64,000 nucleotides of DNA from an uncultured Chloroflexia bacterium (GTDB taxonomy: Bacteria; Chloroflexota; Anaerolineae; Anaerolineales; UBA4823): NCBI GenBank assembly GCA_963792075.1, contig CAWBUW010000012.1:2099840-2163839 (forward strand), written 5' to 3'. Of this stretch, positions 26,622 to 34,241 are shown piece by piece. The notes beneath the pieces were generated by a model, which saw nothing but the letters and a program-made list of their open reading frames with translations, had not been told where the DNA came from and did not search any database. The stretch's first letter is position 1. Each line of letters begins with the position of its first letter. The position numbers and the translations under genes are program-made.

Positions 26622-27604
26622 TGGAAAAAACAGGCAAGTTGGCGGTGCTTTTTTCTGCGCCTTATATGATCCCTTATCGAGTACGTTTCCAACCGTTTTT
26701 TGCGCATTACGGTTTGGATTTGATTTTCCCGCCGGTACAGGAACGCCTATCCGAGGCAGAAATTCTGGAATGGGCCGGCCAGTTCGATGCCGCGGTATGC
26801 GGCGATGACCGTTTCACCGCCCGCGTGCTGCAGGCGTGTGCCCCGCGCTTGAAAGTGATTTCAAAGTGGGGGACGGGGGTTGACTCCATCGACCGGGTGG
26901 AGGCTGCCCGGCTGGGCATCCAGGTGCGCAACACGCCGAATGCTTTCACGCTGCCGGTAGCAGATTCAACCCTGGGGTATATGCTAGATTTTGTGCGCCG
27001 TTTGCATTGGATGGATCAAAAGGTAAAGCGAGGCCAGTGGGAAAAGATCCCGGGTCTTTCGTTAAGCGAATGCACCTTAGGCGTGGTAGGCGTGGGCAAC
27101 GTGGGCAAAGCGGTGCTGCGCAGGGCGCGCGCTTTCGGGATGAAGCTGCTGGGCAATGATATTATTCCCATTGCACCGGATTTCCTGCTGGAGAACAACG
27201 TCGAGATGACCGGCCTGGAGGATTTGCTGCGCCGGGCGGATTTTGTCAGCCTGCATCCGGATCTGAACCCAACCTGTTACCACCTGATCAACGCGCAAAC
27301 CCTGGCGTGGATGAAGCCCACTGCGGTGTTGATCAACACATCGCGGGGACCCGTGGTCGATGAGCCTGCGCTGATTGCGACGCTGCAAACTGGCCGGATT
27401 GCAGGTGCTGCGCTGGACGTCTTCGAGGTGGAACCGCTGCCGGCGGACAGTCCACTGCGGAACATGGAGCAAGTCATGCTGGCTGCGCATAATTCGAATT
27501 CCAGCCCGGCAGCCTGGGAACGTGTGCACCGGAATACGCTGCGCAACCTGTTGGAAGGCCTGGCGATCCCGGTGGATGAGGCGTTTGAAGACCTGGTGAA
27601 ATAG
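26621..27604 (+). CDS. D-isomer-specific 2-hydroxyacid dehydrogenase (PGDH/GyaR-like)
   Basis: GVVGVGNVGKAV NAD motif, NTSRGPVVDE, HNSN catalytic His block. Confidence 0.85.
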   Translation: MEKTGKLAVLFSAPYMIPYRVRFQPFFAHYGLDLIFPPVQERLSEAEILEWAGQFDAAVCGDDRFTARVLQACAPRLKVISKWGTGVDSIDRVEAARLGIQVRNTPNAFTLPVADSTLGYMLDFVRRLHWMDQKVKRGQWEKIPGLSLSECTLGVVGVGNVGKAVLRRARAFGMKLLGNDIIPIAPDFLLENNVEMTGLEDLLRRADFVSLHPDLNPTCYHLINAQTLAWMKPTAVLINTSRGPVVDEPALIATLQTGRIAGAALDVFEVEPLPADSPLRNMEQVMLAAHNSNSSPAAWERVHRNTLRNLLEGLAIPVDEAFEDLVK

Positions 27605-27622
27605 TGGATTGTCAAATCTGTT

Positions 27623-27667
27623 TTTATTGTTTGTTTGAGCGCCGAAGGCGCTCAAACAAACAATAAA
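27623..27667. repeat. 45-nt perfect hairpin (21-bp arms, GAA loop) between genes
   Basis: TTTATTGTTTGTTTGAGCGCC-GAA-GGCGCTCAAACAAACAATAAA. Next gene has an AGGAG SD and ATG at 27700. Confidence 0.7.
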
Positions 27668-27699
27668 TTACCTTTGACAAACGAATAGGAGTTTTGTAA

Positions 27700-28479
27700 A
27701 TGGATAAGAATCAGAATAAAAAAGTAGTATTGATCACCGGTGCGGCAGGCGGGATTGGCCGCGCAGCGGTGAAGCTGTTCAGCCAGTATGGTTGGAGCGT
27801 GATCGGGGTTGACCGGCTCGCGCCAGCGGATTTTATTGAAAATTTCCCCAAGGATGGCAGGTTCATCCAGGCGGATATCTCGATTGGTGAAAACCTGGAG
27901 CGAATCTATGCAGAGGCGGAGCGTTTCAGCCCGCGCCTGGATGCGTTGGTGAACAACGCTGCGCTGCAGATCGCCAAGCCGCTGCTGCAGACCAGTGTCG
28001 AAGAGTGGGATGCGGTGATGGCCTCGAACCTGCGTTCGGTCTTCCTGGGCGTGAAGCTTGCCCACCCGCTGTTCAAAGCTGCGGGCGGCGGGGCGGTTGT
28101 GAATATGTCCTCGGTGCATGCGGTAGCGACCTCAGCCAATATTGCTGCGTATGCGACCAGCAAAGGCGGACTGCTGGCGCTGACCAGGGCGATGGCGATC
28201 GAGTTCGCGCCGGATAACATTCGCGTGAATGCGATCTTGCCTGGCGCAGTGGATACACCCATGCTGCGCGCCGGGCTGGGGCGCGGCCACGTGGGGGCCG
28301 GCACGATGATCGAGCGGCTGGATAACCTGGCGCGCAAGACCGTCAACGGGCGCGTGGGCCAGCCCGAGGAGATTGCCCATGCGATCTACTTCCTGGCGGA
28401 CAACACGCAGTCTTCGTTTATGACCGGGCAGGCGCTGATCGTGGATGGCGGCGCTACGGCGCGGTTGAGCACGGAGTAA
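27700..28479 (+). CDS. SDR-family oxidoreductase
   Basis: ITGAAGGIGRA, YATSKGG (YxxxK). Confidence 0.85.
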   Translation: MDKNQNKKVVLITGAAGGIGRAAVKLFSQYGWSVIGVDRLAPADFIENFPKDGRFIQADISIGENLERIYAEAERFSPRLDALVNNAALQIAKPLLQTSVEEWDAVMASNLRSVFLGVKLAHPLFKAAGGGAVVNMSSVHAVATSANIAAYATSKGGLLALTRAMAIEFAPDNIRVNAILPGAVDTPMLRAGLGRGHVGAGTMIERLDNLARKTVNGRVGQPEEIAHAIYFLADNTQSSFMTGQALIVDGGATARLSTE

Positions 28480-28481
28480 AC

Positions 28482-29309
28482 ATGAAGGCTACCTTGAAGA
28501 AAATCATCCCGGCTCCGCTTTGGAAGCTGGGATCAGACCCCTACTGGTGGTGGCGCAACCGTGGACAGCACACGGTAGGCCGCGCATTCAGCCCGCAGTG
28601 GCGGGAGAACCAGCGCCGCCTGGCAGCTTATCGCCAGCGCCACACCGGGCAGCGCTGCTTTATCATCGGCAACGGGCCCAGCCTGAAGCAGACCGACCTC
28701 AGCAAGCTGCAGGGAGAGTTCACCTTTGGCTTGAACCGGCTTTACCTTCTTTTCCCGGAGCTGGGTTTCCAGACGACCTACCTGGTCTCGGTCAATGAGC
28801 TGGTGCTGGAACAGTGCGCCGCGGAGATGGCGGAGCTGGCCTTGCCGCGCTTTTTGACCTGGCGGGCGCGGCGCTGGTTTGGAGATAAACCGGCGCAGGA
28901 TCCCAGGCTGATGTTCCTGGACAGCGATTTCACCGGCGACGAAGATTTCAGCGGTGAAGCTACCGGGCGCTTGTTCGAAGGGTTTACCGTCACTTATGTT
29001 GCCCTGCAGTTGGCCTTTTACATGGGCTTCTCCGAAGCCATTTTGATCGGCGTGGACCATAGTTTCACCACCCAGGGACCTGCCAATACCACGGTAGTTT
29101 CCCAGGGGGATGACCCGAACCATTTCGCGCCGGGGTACTTTGGTAAGGGCTTTCGCTGGCAGCTTCCGGACCTGGATGGCTCTGAGCGGGCCTACCTGCT
29201 GGCGCGAGAAGCCTATGCGCGCGCCGGACGGCGCGTGGTAGATGCCACGGTGGGCGGGAAACTGCAAATCTTCCCCAAGGCAGATTACCTGAGCTTGTTT
29301 AGCAAATGA
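28482..29309 (+). CDS. DUF115/MptE-like or CstII (GT42)-like putative nonulosonic-acid transferase
   Basis: [23 protein letters not shown] matches the N-terminal GNGPSL block of Cst-type sialyltransferases and Maf/DUF115 proteins. Confidence 0.55.
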   Translation: MKATLKKIIPAPLWKLGSDPYWWWRNRGQHTVGRAFSPQWRENQRRLAAYRQRHTGQRCFIIGNGPSLKQTDLSKLQGEFTFGLNRLYLLFPELGFQTTYLVSVNELVLEQCAAEMAELALPRFLTWRARRWFGDKPAQDPRLMFLDSDFTGDEDFSGEATGRLFEGFTVTYVALQLAFYMGFSEAILIGVDHSFTTQGPANTTVVSQGDDPNHFAPGYFGKGFRWQLPDLDGSERAYLLAREAYARAGRRVVDATVGGKLQIFPKADYLSLFSK

Positions 29310-30298
29310 ACCGCGCAAGACCCCTGGTCTCGATCATCACCCCGTCGTATAACCAACGCCAGTACCTGGAACAGACCATCCAGTCTGTGTTATGGCAGGA
29401 TTACCAGCCGTTGGAATACATCATCGTGGATGGGGGATCCACGGATGGGAGTGTCGAGGTCATCCAAAAATACGCCTCGCGCTTGGCGGCCTGGGTATCC
29501 GAGCCAGACCAGGGGCAAGCCGATGCGATTAACAAAGGTTTTCGCCAGGCGCAGGGGGAAATCATTGCCTGGATCAATTCGGATGATTTGTACTACCGTT
29601 CGGATGTGATCAGCCAGGCGGTGCAGGCGCTGGAAGCCAACCCGCAGGTGGGGATGGTTTACGGGGACGGGGTGATGGTGGATGCCGCTGGTTGCTTGCT
29701 GGATTGGCATGGCTACCCACAATACAACCTGGTGGATCTGCTCAGCTTCAATGTCCTTCTACAGCCGGCGGTGGTCATGCGGCGTTCTGCGCTGGAGACA
29801 GCCGGCCTGTTAAGCACGGATTATCACCTGATCCTGGACCATTTATTGTGGGTCCAGATCGCGGCGCAGGGACCCATCCTGCATATACCGGAAACCTGGG
29901 CGGTAGAGCGCACGCACGAGGCAGCCAAAACGATGGCACAGGCCGGGCGATTTGTGGATGAGGCTTTCCGTGCCACGGCGGCGTTCAAGGAGCAGCCCAG
30001 GTTTCAGGAAGTATTGGTCAAGCATGAGCGGGACATCCTGGCTGGACTGCATCTCTTCGCAGGGAAACGCCTGATTGATGCCGGGCAGCCGCGGCAGGCA
30101 TTGGGCTATTTCCTGCGTGCCGGGCGGTATTCGCCGCGTGCGCTGGGGAAAGTCTGGTATAAAGCAGTGCAGGCGCTGGGAGGCACGCTGGGCCTGACGC
30201 AGCTTTTCCTGGCCTACCGCCGGACGCGGCGGGCAGTGCAGCACCAGGCGCGCCAGCTTGTCGTGGATGAGCAGGGCGTGCGTTGGGAGGATGCTTGA
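29306..30298 (+). CDS. GT2-family glycosyltransferase
   Basis: [30 protein letters not shown] blocks. ATGA coupling. Confidence 0.8.
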   Translation: MNRARPLVSIITPSYNQRQYLEQTIQSVLWQDYQPLEYIIVDGGSTDGSVEVIQKYASRLAAWVSEPDQGQADAINKGFRQAQGEIIAWINSDDLYYRSDVISQAVQALEANPQVGMVYGDGVMVDAAGCLLDWHGYPQYNLVDLLSFNVLLQPAVVMRRSALETAGLLSTDYHLILDHLLWVQIAAQGPILHIPETWAVERTHEAAKTMAQAGRFVDEAFRATAAFKEQPRFQEVLVKHERDILAGLHLFAGKRLIDAGQPRQALGYFLRAGRYSPRALGKVWYKAVQALGGTLGLTQLFLAYRRTRRAVQHQARQLVVDEQGVRWEDA

Positions 30299-31076
30299 AT
30301 GGCAGTCCGAGTATCGATCATTACCCCCTCCTATAACCAGGCAGCATTTCTGGAAGCAACGATCCGGTCGGTGCTGGAGCAAGATTACCTGGATGTGGAA
30401 TATATCCTGGTGGATGGCGGCTCAACGGATGGCAGCCTCGAGATCATCCAAAAATATGCCACCCGCCTGGCAGGGTGGGTATCGGAACCGGACCGCGGCC
30501 AGACGGATGCAATCAACAAAGGCTTTGCCCGGGCGAGCGGAGATATCCTGGCCTGGATCAATTCGGATGATACGTACCAACCCGGCGCTGTGTCTGAAGC
30601 AGTGGCCTACTTGCAGGCTCACCCGGACGTAGGCATGGTGTACGGAGATGCCAATTTGATTGACGAAAATGGCTCCGTGTTGGGGCGTTTCCCCGCGCAA
30701 CAAACGGATTATCGCGCGCTTGCTGCAGGGATCGGTGCATATCCCGCAGCAGGCCAGCTTTTTCCGCGCCAGCTTGTGGCGCCAGGTGGGACCCCTGGAC
30801 AATTCGTTTTACTTTGCCATGGATTACGATCTTTGGGTGCGGCTGGCGAAGATCAGCCGTTTGGTTTACTATCCCCGGCTGTGGGCAAACTTCCGCCTGC
30901 ACGGACAGGCGAAGACGATGGCCAGCGACGACCGCTGTTATCCGGAGATGCTGCGCGTCTACCGGCGGGAGGGTGGCAAACCGTGGGGGCGGTTAGCGCT
31001 CAAAGCCTGGCTGCGCCCGCTGATCTACGCCTGGCTGCCGGTCCGATTGCGCATCTGGTTGCGCAATCGCGTGTAG
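30299..31076 (+). pseudogene. GT2-family glycosyltransferase, tandem paralog of 29306-30298, with an apparent frameshift at about 30713-30722
   Basis: N-terminal half is in the frame of 30299 ([28 protein letters not shown]). The homologous C-terminal half (LLQGSVHIPQQASFFRASL..DYDLWVRLA..) continues in the frame of ORF 30660-31076. The switch maps to a CGCGCGC tract. Confidence 0.6.
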
Positions 31077-31086
31077 GAGGCGTTTT

Positions 31087-31797
31087 TTGCTCAGTTACCT
31101 CCCCCGTTACTACCCGATCTGGCAGGAACTGAAACAATTCAGCCAGAGTCGCCCCGCCGGAGAAGTTGGGAAACAATACAAGCCAGTGGTGCTGGAAGTG
31201 GGCAGCGGGGCTGAAGGCCTGGCGCTGTTTTGGAAAGGGCCATTGGTGGGGGTGGACGTGCGCTTTAAACGCTGGCCAATGGCTCAAGGAGTCGCTGGTT
31301 CAGCACTGCGATTGCCTTTTGCGGAGGCCAGTTTCCCGCTTGTGATAAGTTGCGATATGTTGGAGCATCTTCCAGGAGAAATGCGCCAGGCGGCAGTTTT
31401 GGAAATGATCCGCGTGTGCGGCGAAAGCCTGCTGCTTGCTTTCCCGAGTGGGGCAGCGGCCTGGGGAATGTATCAAAGGCTGGCGAAGAAATGGGACCAG
31501 GTGCTTCCGCCGTGGCTGGAAGAACACCTGGTATTTGGGCTGCCAGCATCAGAAGATGTGGCTGGCTGGTTGCAGCAAGCAGGTTGGAAAGTGGAGACCC
31601 TGTGGTACAAATCGGCGGCGGAACATTTTCGCCGGATTTTATGGGAGCGTGCCGGCTTGCAGCGCTGGATCTCCTATCTGGCCGCGCGGGCTTTCGGACC
31701 GTGGCTGATCCGCCGGGAGCAGAACAGGGCGCCAGTGGATCCACTCCGGGTTTTAATCCACGCACGGCGACCCAAGGACATGGTGATATGTCAATAA
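31087..31797 (+). CDS. Class I SAM-dependent methyltransferase
   Basis: VLEVGSGAEG motif I, VISCDMLEHL. TTG start inferred. Confidence 0.6.
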   Translation: MLSYLPRYYPIWQELKQFSQSRPAGEVGKQYKPVVLEVGSGAEGLALFWKGPLVGVDVRFKRWPMAQGVAGSALRLPFAEASFPLVISCDMLEHLPGEMRQAAVLEMIRVCGESLLLAFPSGAAAWGMYQRLAKKWDQVLPPWLEEHLVFGLPASEDVAGWLQQAGWKVETLWYKSAAEHFRRILWERAGLQRWISYLAARAFGPWLIRREQNRAPVDPLRVLIHARRPKDMVICQ

Positions 31798-32819
31798 AAA
31801 TCGAGCTTTTCCCTTTAACAGATGCAAGTGATGGCCAATACCGGCAGTTCAATGCGTTCAACAACCGGTTGATGGCTGAGCGGCTGCCAGATGACCCGCC
31901 CATACCTTTGAAGGATATGCTGGCGAACATCCGCACGATCCCGGATTTTGTGGATGTGCGCATCTGGGCAGCCTGGGAATCAAATGGGGCGCTAGCCGGT
32001 ATGGCCGGGTTCGAAGGGCTGCGAACTGAGGAAAACCGCCACCAGGTCACGATCTCGGTATCCGTTTTACCCGAATACCGCCAGCAGGGGATCGGGTGGC
32101 GACTGTTGGCTCAGGTGGTAGAGGCAGCCCAGGCCGACCAGCGCCATTTGATGTTTACTCAGAGTTTTGGAGCGGTTCCGGCCGGCGAGCGCTTTCTAGA
32201 ACGTTTGGGAGCCCTACGCGGTCTTGAAACGCATATCAACCAATTGACCCTGGCGAACCTGGACCGATCCCTGCTTCAGCGCTGGCAGGTGCCTGTTGCC
32301 GGCTTTGAGCTGGGTTTCTGGCCTGGGGCTTATCCGGAAAGTGAGCTACAGGCGGTAACGGCATTGACCGAGCTGACCAACCAGCAGCCGATGGGGGCAC
32401 TGGATGTTGTGGATTTTCACTACTCACCGGATATCCTGCGCCAGGCAGAGCAGCGCCTGTTTGGCCGAGGGCGGCAGCGCTGGACTTACTTTGTGCGTGA
32501 GCAGGCTACCGGACTTTACGCGGGTTACACCGAAATTGTCTGGATGCCCGAACGGCCACGCGTCATCGACCAGGACATGACGGGCGTCTTCCCTCAATTC
32601 CGCACGCGGGGATTGGGCCGCTGGCTGAAAGCAGCCATGTTGGCGCGCATCCTGGATGAAATCCCGCAGGCAAAATTTGTGCGTACGGGGAATGCAGATA
32701 CCAACACGGCCATGTTGAGGATCAATACCGAGTTGGGCTTTCATCCCTACCTGTCTTCGTGCGTATGGCAGGTGGAGACAAAGCAAGCTGCGGCGTATAT
32801 CTCGACGAAAGGATTTTAA
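31788..32819 (+). CDS. Tandem-GNAT N-acetyltransferase
   Basis: Two GNAT A-motifs: [11 protein letters not shown] and [13 protein letters not shown] at 31788 chosen; the upstream ORF extension overlaps the methyltransferase gene. Confidence 0.65.
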   Translation: MSIKIELFPLTDASDGQYRQFNAFNNRLMAERLPDDPPIPLKDMLANIRTIPDFVDVRIWAAWESNGALAGMAGFEGLRTEENRHQVTISVSVLPEYRQQGIGWRLLAQVVEAAQADQRHLMFTQSFGAVPAGERFLERLGALRGLETHINQLTLANLDRSLLQRWQVPVAGFELGFWPGAYPESELQAVTALTELTNQQPMGALDVVDFHYSPDILRQAEQRLFGRGRQRWTYFVREQATGLYAGYTEIVWMPERPRVIDQDMTGVFPQFRTRGLGRWLKAAMLARILDEIPQAKFVRTGNADTNTAMLRINTELGFHPYLSSCVWQVETKQAAAYISTKGF

Positions 32820-32826
32820 ATTATTT

Positions 32827-33633
32827 ATGGACAAAAAAGATATTGTGGCATATAACCAGGCAGCCTGGGATAAAAATGTAGAAAAGGGGAATGTGTGGAC
32901 GGTGCCGGTGACGCCAGAACAGGTGGCGGCGGCCCGGAGCGGGAAATGGTCCGTTTTATTGACCGAAAGCAAGCCTGCACCACTTGAATGGTTCCCATTA
33001 GATGCAGCAGGGCATTTCCTGCCAGGTACGCGAGTCCTGTGCCTGGCTTCAGGAGGTGGGCAGCAGGGACCCATCCTGGCGGCTGCGGGGGCGCAGGTGA
33101 CAGTGTTTGATAATTCCCCCCGCCAGTTAGAACGTGACCGCATGGTGGCCCAACGCGAAGGGTTAGCGATCGATACAGTGCAGGGAGATATGGCAGATCT
33201 ATCTGCCTTTCCGAATGCGGCCTTTGACTTGATTGTGCACCCGGTCTCGAATGTGTTTGTGCCTGCGGTGCGCCCGGTTTATCGAGAAGCATTCCGTGTG
33301 CTGCGCCCATGCGGGGCGCTTTTGACTGGCTTCATGAATCCGGATCTGTATATCTTGGATGAGAATGAGGAAGAACAGGGGCGGATGGTGGTACGCTTCC
33401 GGTTGCCTTATTCTGACCTGGAAAGCCTTTCTGAAGAGGAAAGGCTGCGCATGTATGGCCCAGACATGGCGCTGGAATGGAGCCATACTCTGGAGGAGCA
33501 GATCGGCGGACAACTTGAGGCGGGATTCGTATTGACTGCGCTCTATGAAGAGCGTTCACCTCAGAGGGTAAGCGCGGAATACTTTCCCACTTACTTCGCC
33601 ACGCGGGCCGTGAAGCTGGCAACCGGATCTTAG
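32827..33633 (+). CDS. Class I SAM-dependent methyltransferase
   Basis: [12 protein letters not shown] motif [18 protein letters not shown]. Confidence 0.75.
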   Translation: MDKKDIVAYNQAAWDKNVEKGNVWTVPVTPEQVAAARSGKWSVLLTESKPAPLEWFPLDAAGHFLPGTRVLCLASGGGQQGPILAAAGAQVTVFDNSPRQLERDRMVAQREGLAIDTVQGDMADLSAFPNAAFDLIVHPVSNVFVPAVRPVYREAFRVLRPCGALLTGFMNPDLYILDENEEEQGRMVVRFRLPYSDLESLSEEERLRMYGPDMALEWSHTLEEQIGGQLEAGFVLTALYEERSPQRVSAEYFPTYFATRAVKLATGS

Positions 33634-33670
33634 CGACTCTTTCTGGCCTTGGATCCGTTATTACTTGCAT

Positions 33671-34240
33671 ATGACATTTGTATCACGCAAGAACCAGATT
33701 TGGGAAGTTTCTGAGGATGTGGTACGGCGCGCCTGCCGGGGTGATACGTTGGCAGTTGCCGCGATTTATGACCATTATGAACCGCGCCTGTATCGCTTCC
33801 TCGCTGCCCGCTCGCCAGACCTGGTTGTAGCACAGGATCTCACTGCAGATGTGTTTTTGCGCATGGTGCGCGCTTTGCCAGGCTATCAGGTGCAAGGCAT
33901 CCCGTTTTCGGTCTGGCTGTTCCAAATTGCACGTAATCTCTTGACGGATCATTTCCGGCAGCAGAAGGTGCATCAAAATGTGGAATTAGTAGATGATATG
34001 CCGGACCGTGGACTGAACCTGGAAGTTATCGTTGAAAATTCTTTGCTGCGTGCTTCCTTGCGAAAAGCAATGGCGGACTTGCCGCAGGAGCAGGCGGATG
34101 CGCTGGCGTTACGTTTTCTCGCCGGCCTGCCGATTGCTGAAACGGCTCGAACAATGGGAAAAAGCGAAGATGCAATTAAGGGCTTACAACGCCGTGGGTT
34201 AATTGCAATGCGCAATGTACTGTCAGAAAGAGAGGTATAA
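33671..34240 (+). CDS. ECF-type sigma-70 family RNA polymerase sigma factor
   Basis: Region 2 (YRFLAARS..AQDLTADVFLRM..WLFQIARN) and region 4 HTH (LAGLPIAETARTMGKSEDAIKGLQRRG). Confidence 0.8.
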   Translation: MTFVSRKNQIWEVSEDVVRRACRGDTLAVAAIYDHYEPRLYRFLAARSPDLVVAQDLTADVFLRMVRALPGYQVQGIPFSVWLFQIARNLLTDHFRQQKVHQNVELVDDMPDRGLNLEVIVENSLLRASLRKAMADLPQEQADALALRFLAGLPIAETARTMGKSEDAIKGLQRRGLIAMRNVLSEREV

Positions 34241-34241
34241 C

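Noticed and set aside
27673-27700. TTGACA hexamer after the 27623 hairpin as a promoter for the SDR gene
   Set aside because: Only 21 nt separate it from the ATG, leaving no room for a -10 box plus leader. The AGGAG SD suggests read-through translation instead.
31350-31787. N-terminal 146-codon extension of the GNAT ORF
   Set aside because: It overlaps the methyltransferase gene in another frame and is Gly/Arg/Ala/Pro-rich. GNAT homology begins after the ATG at 31788.
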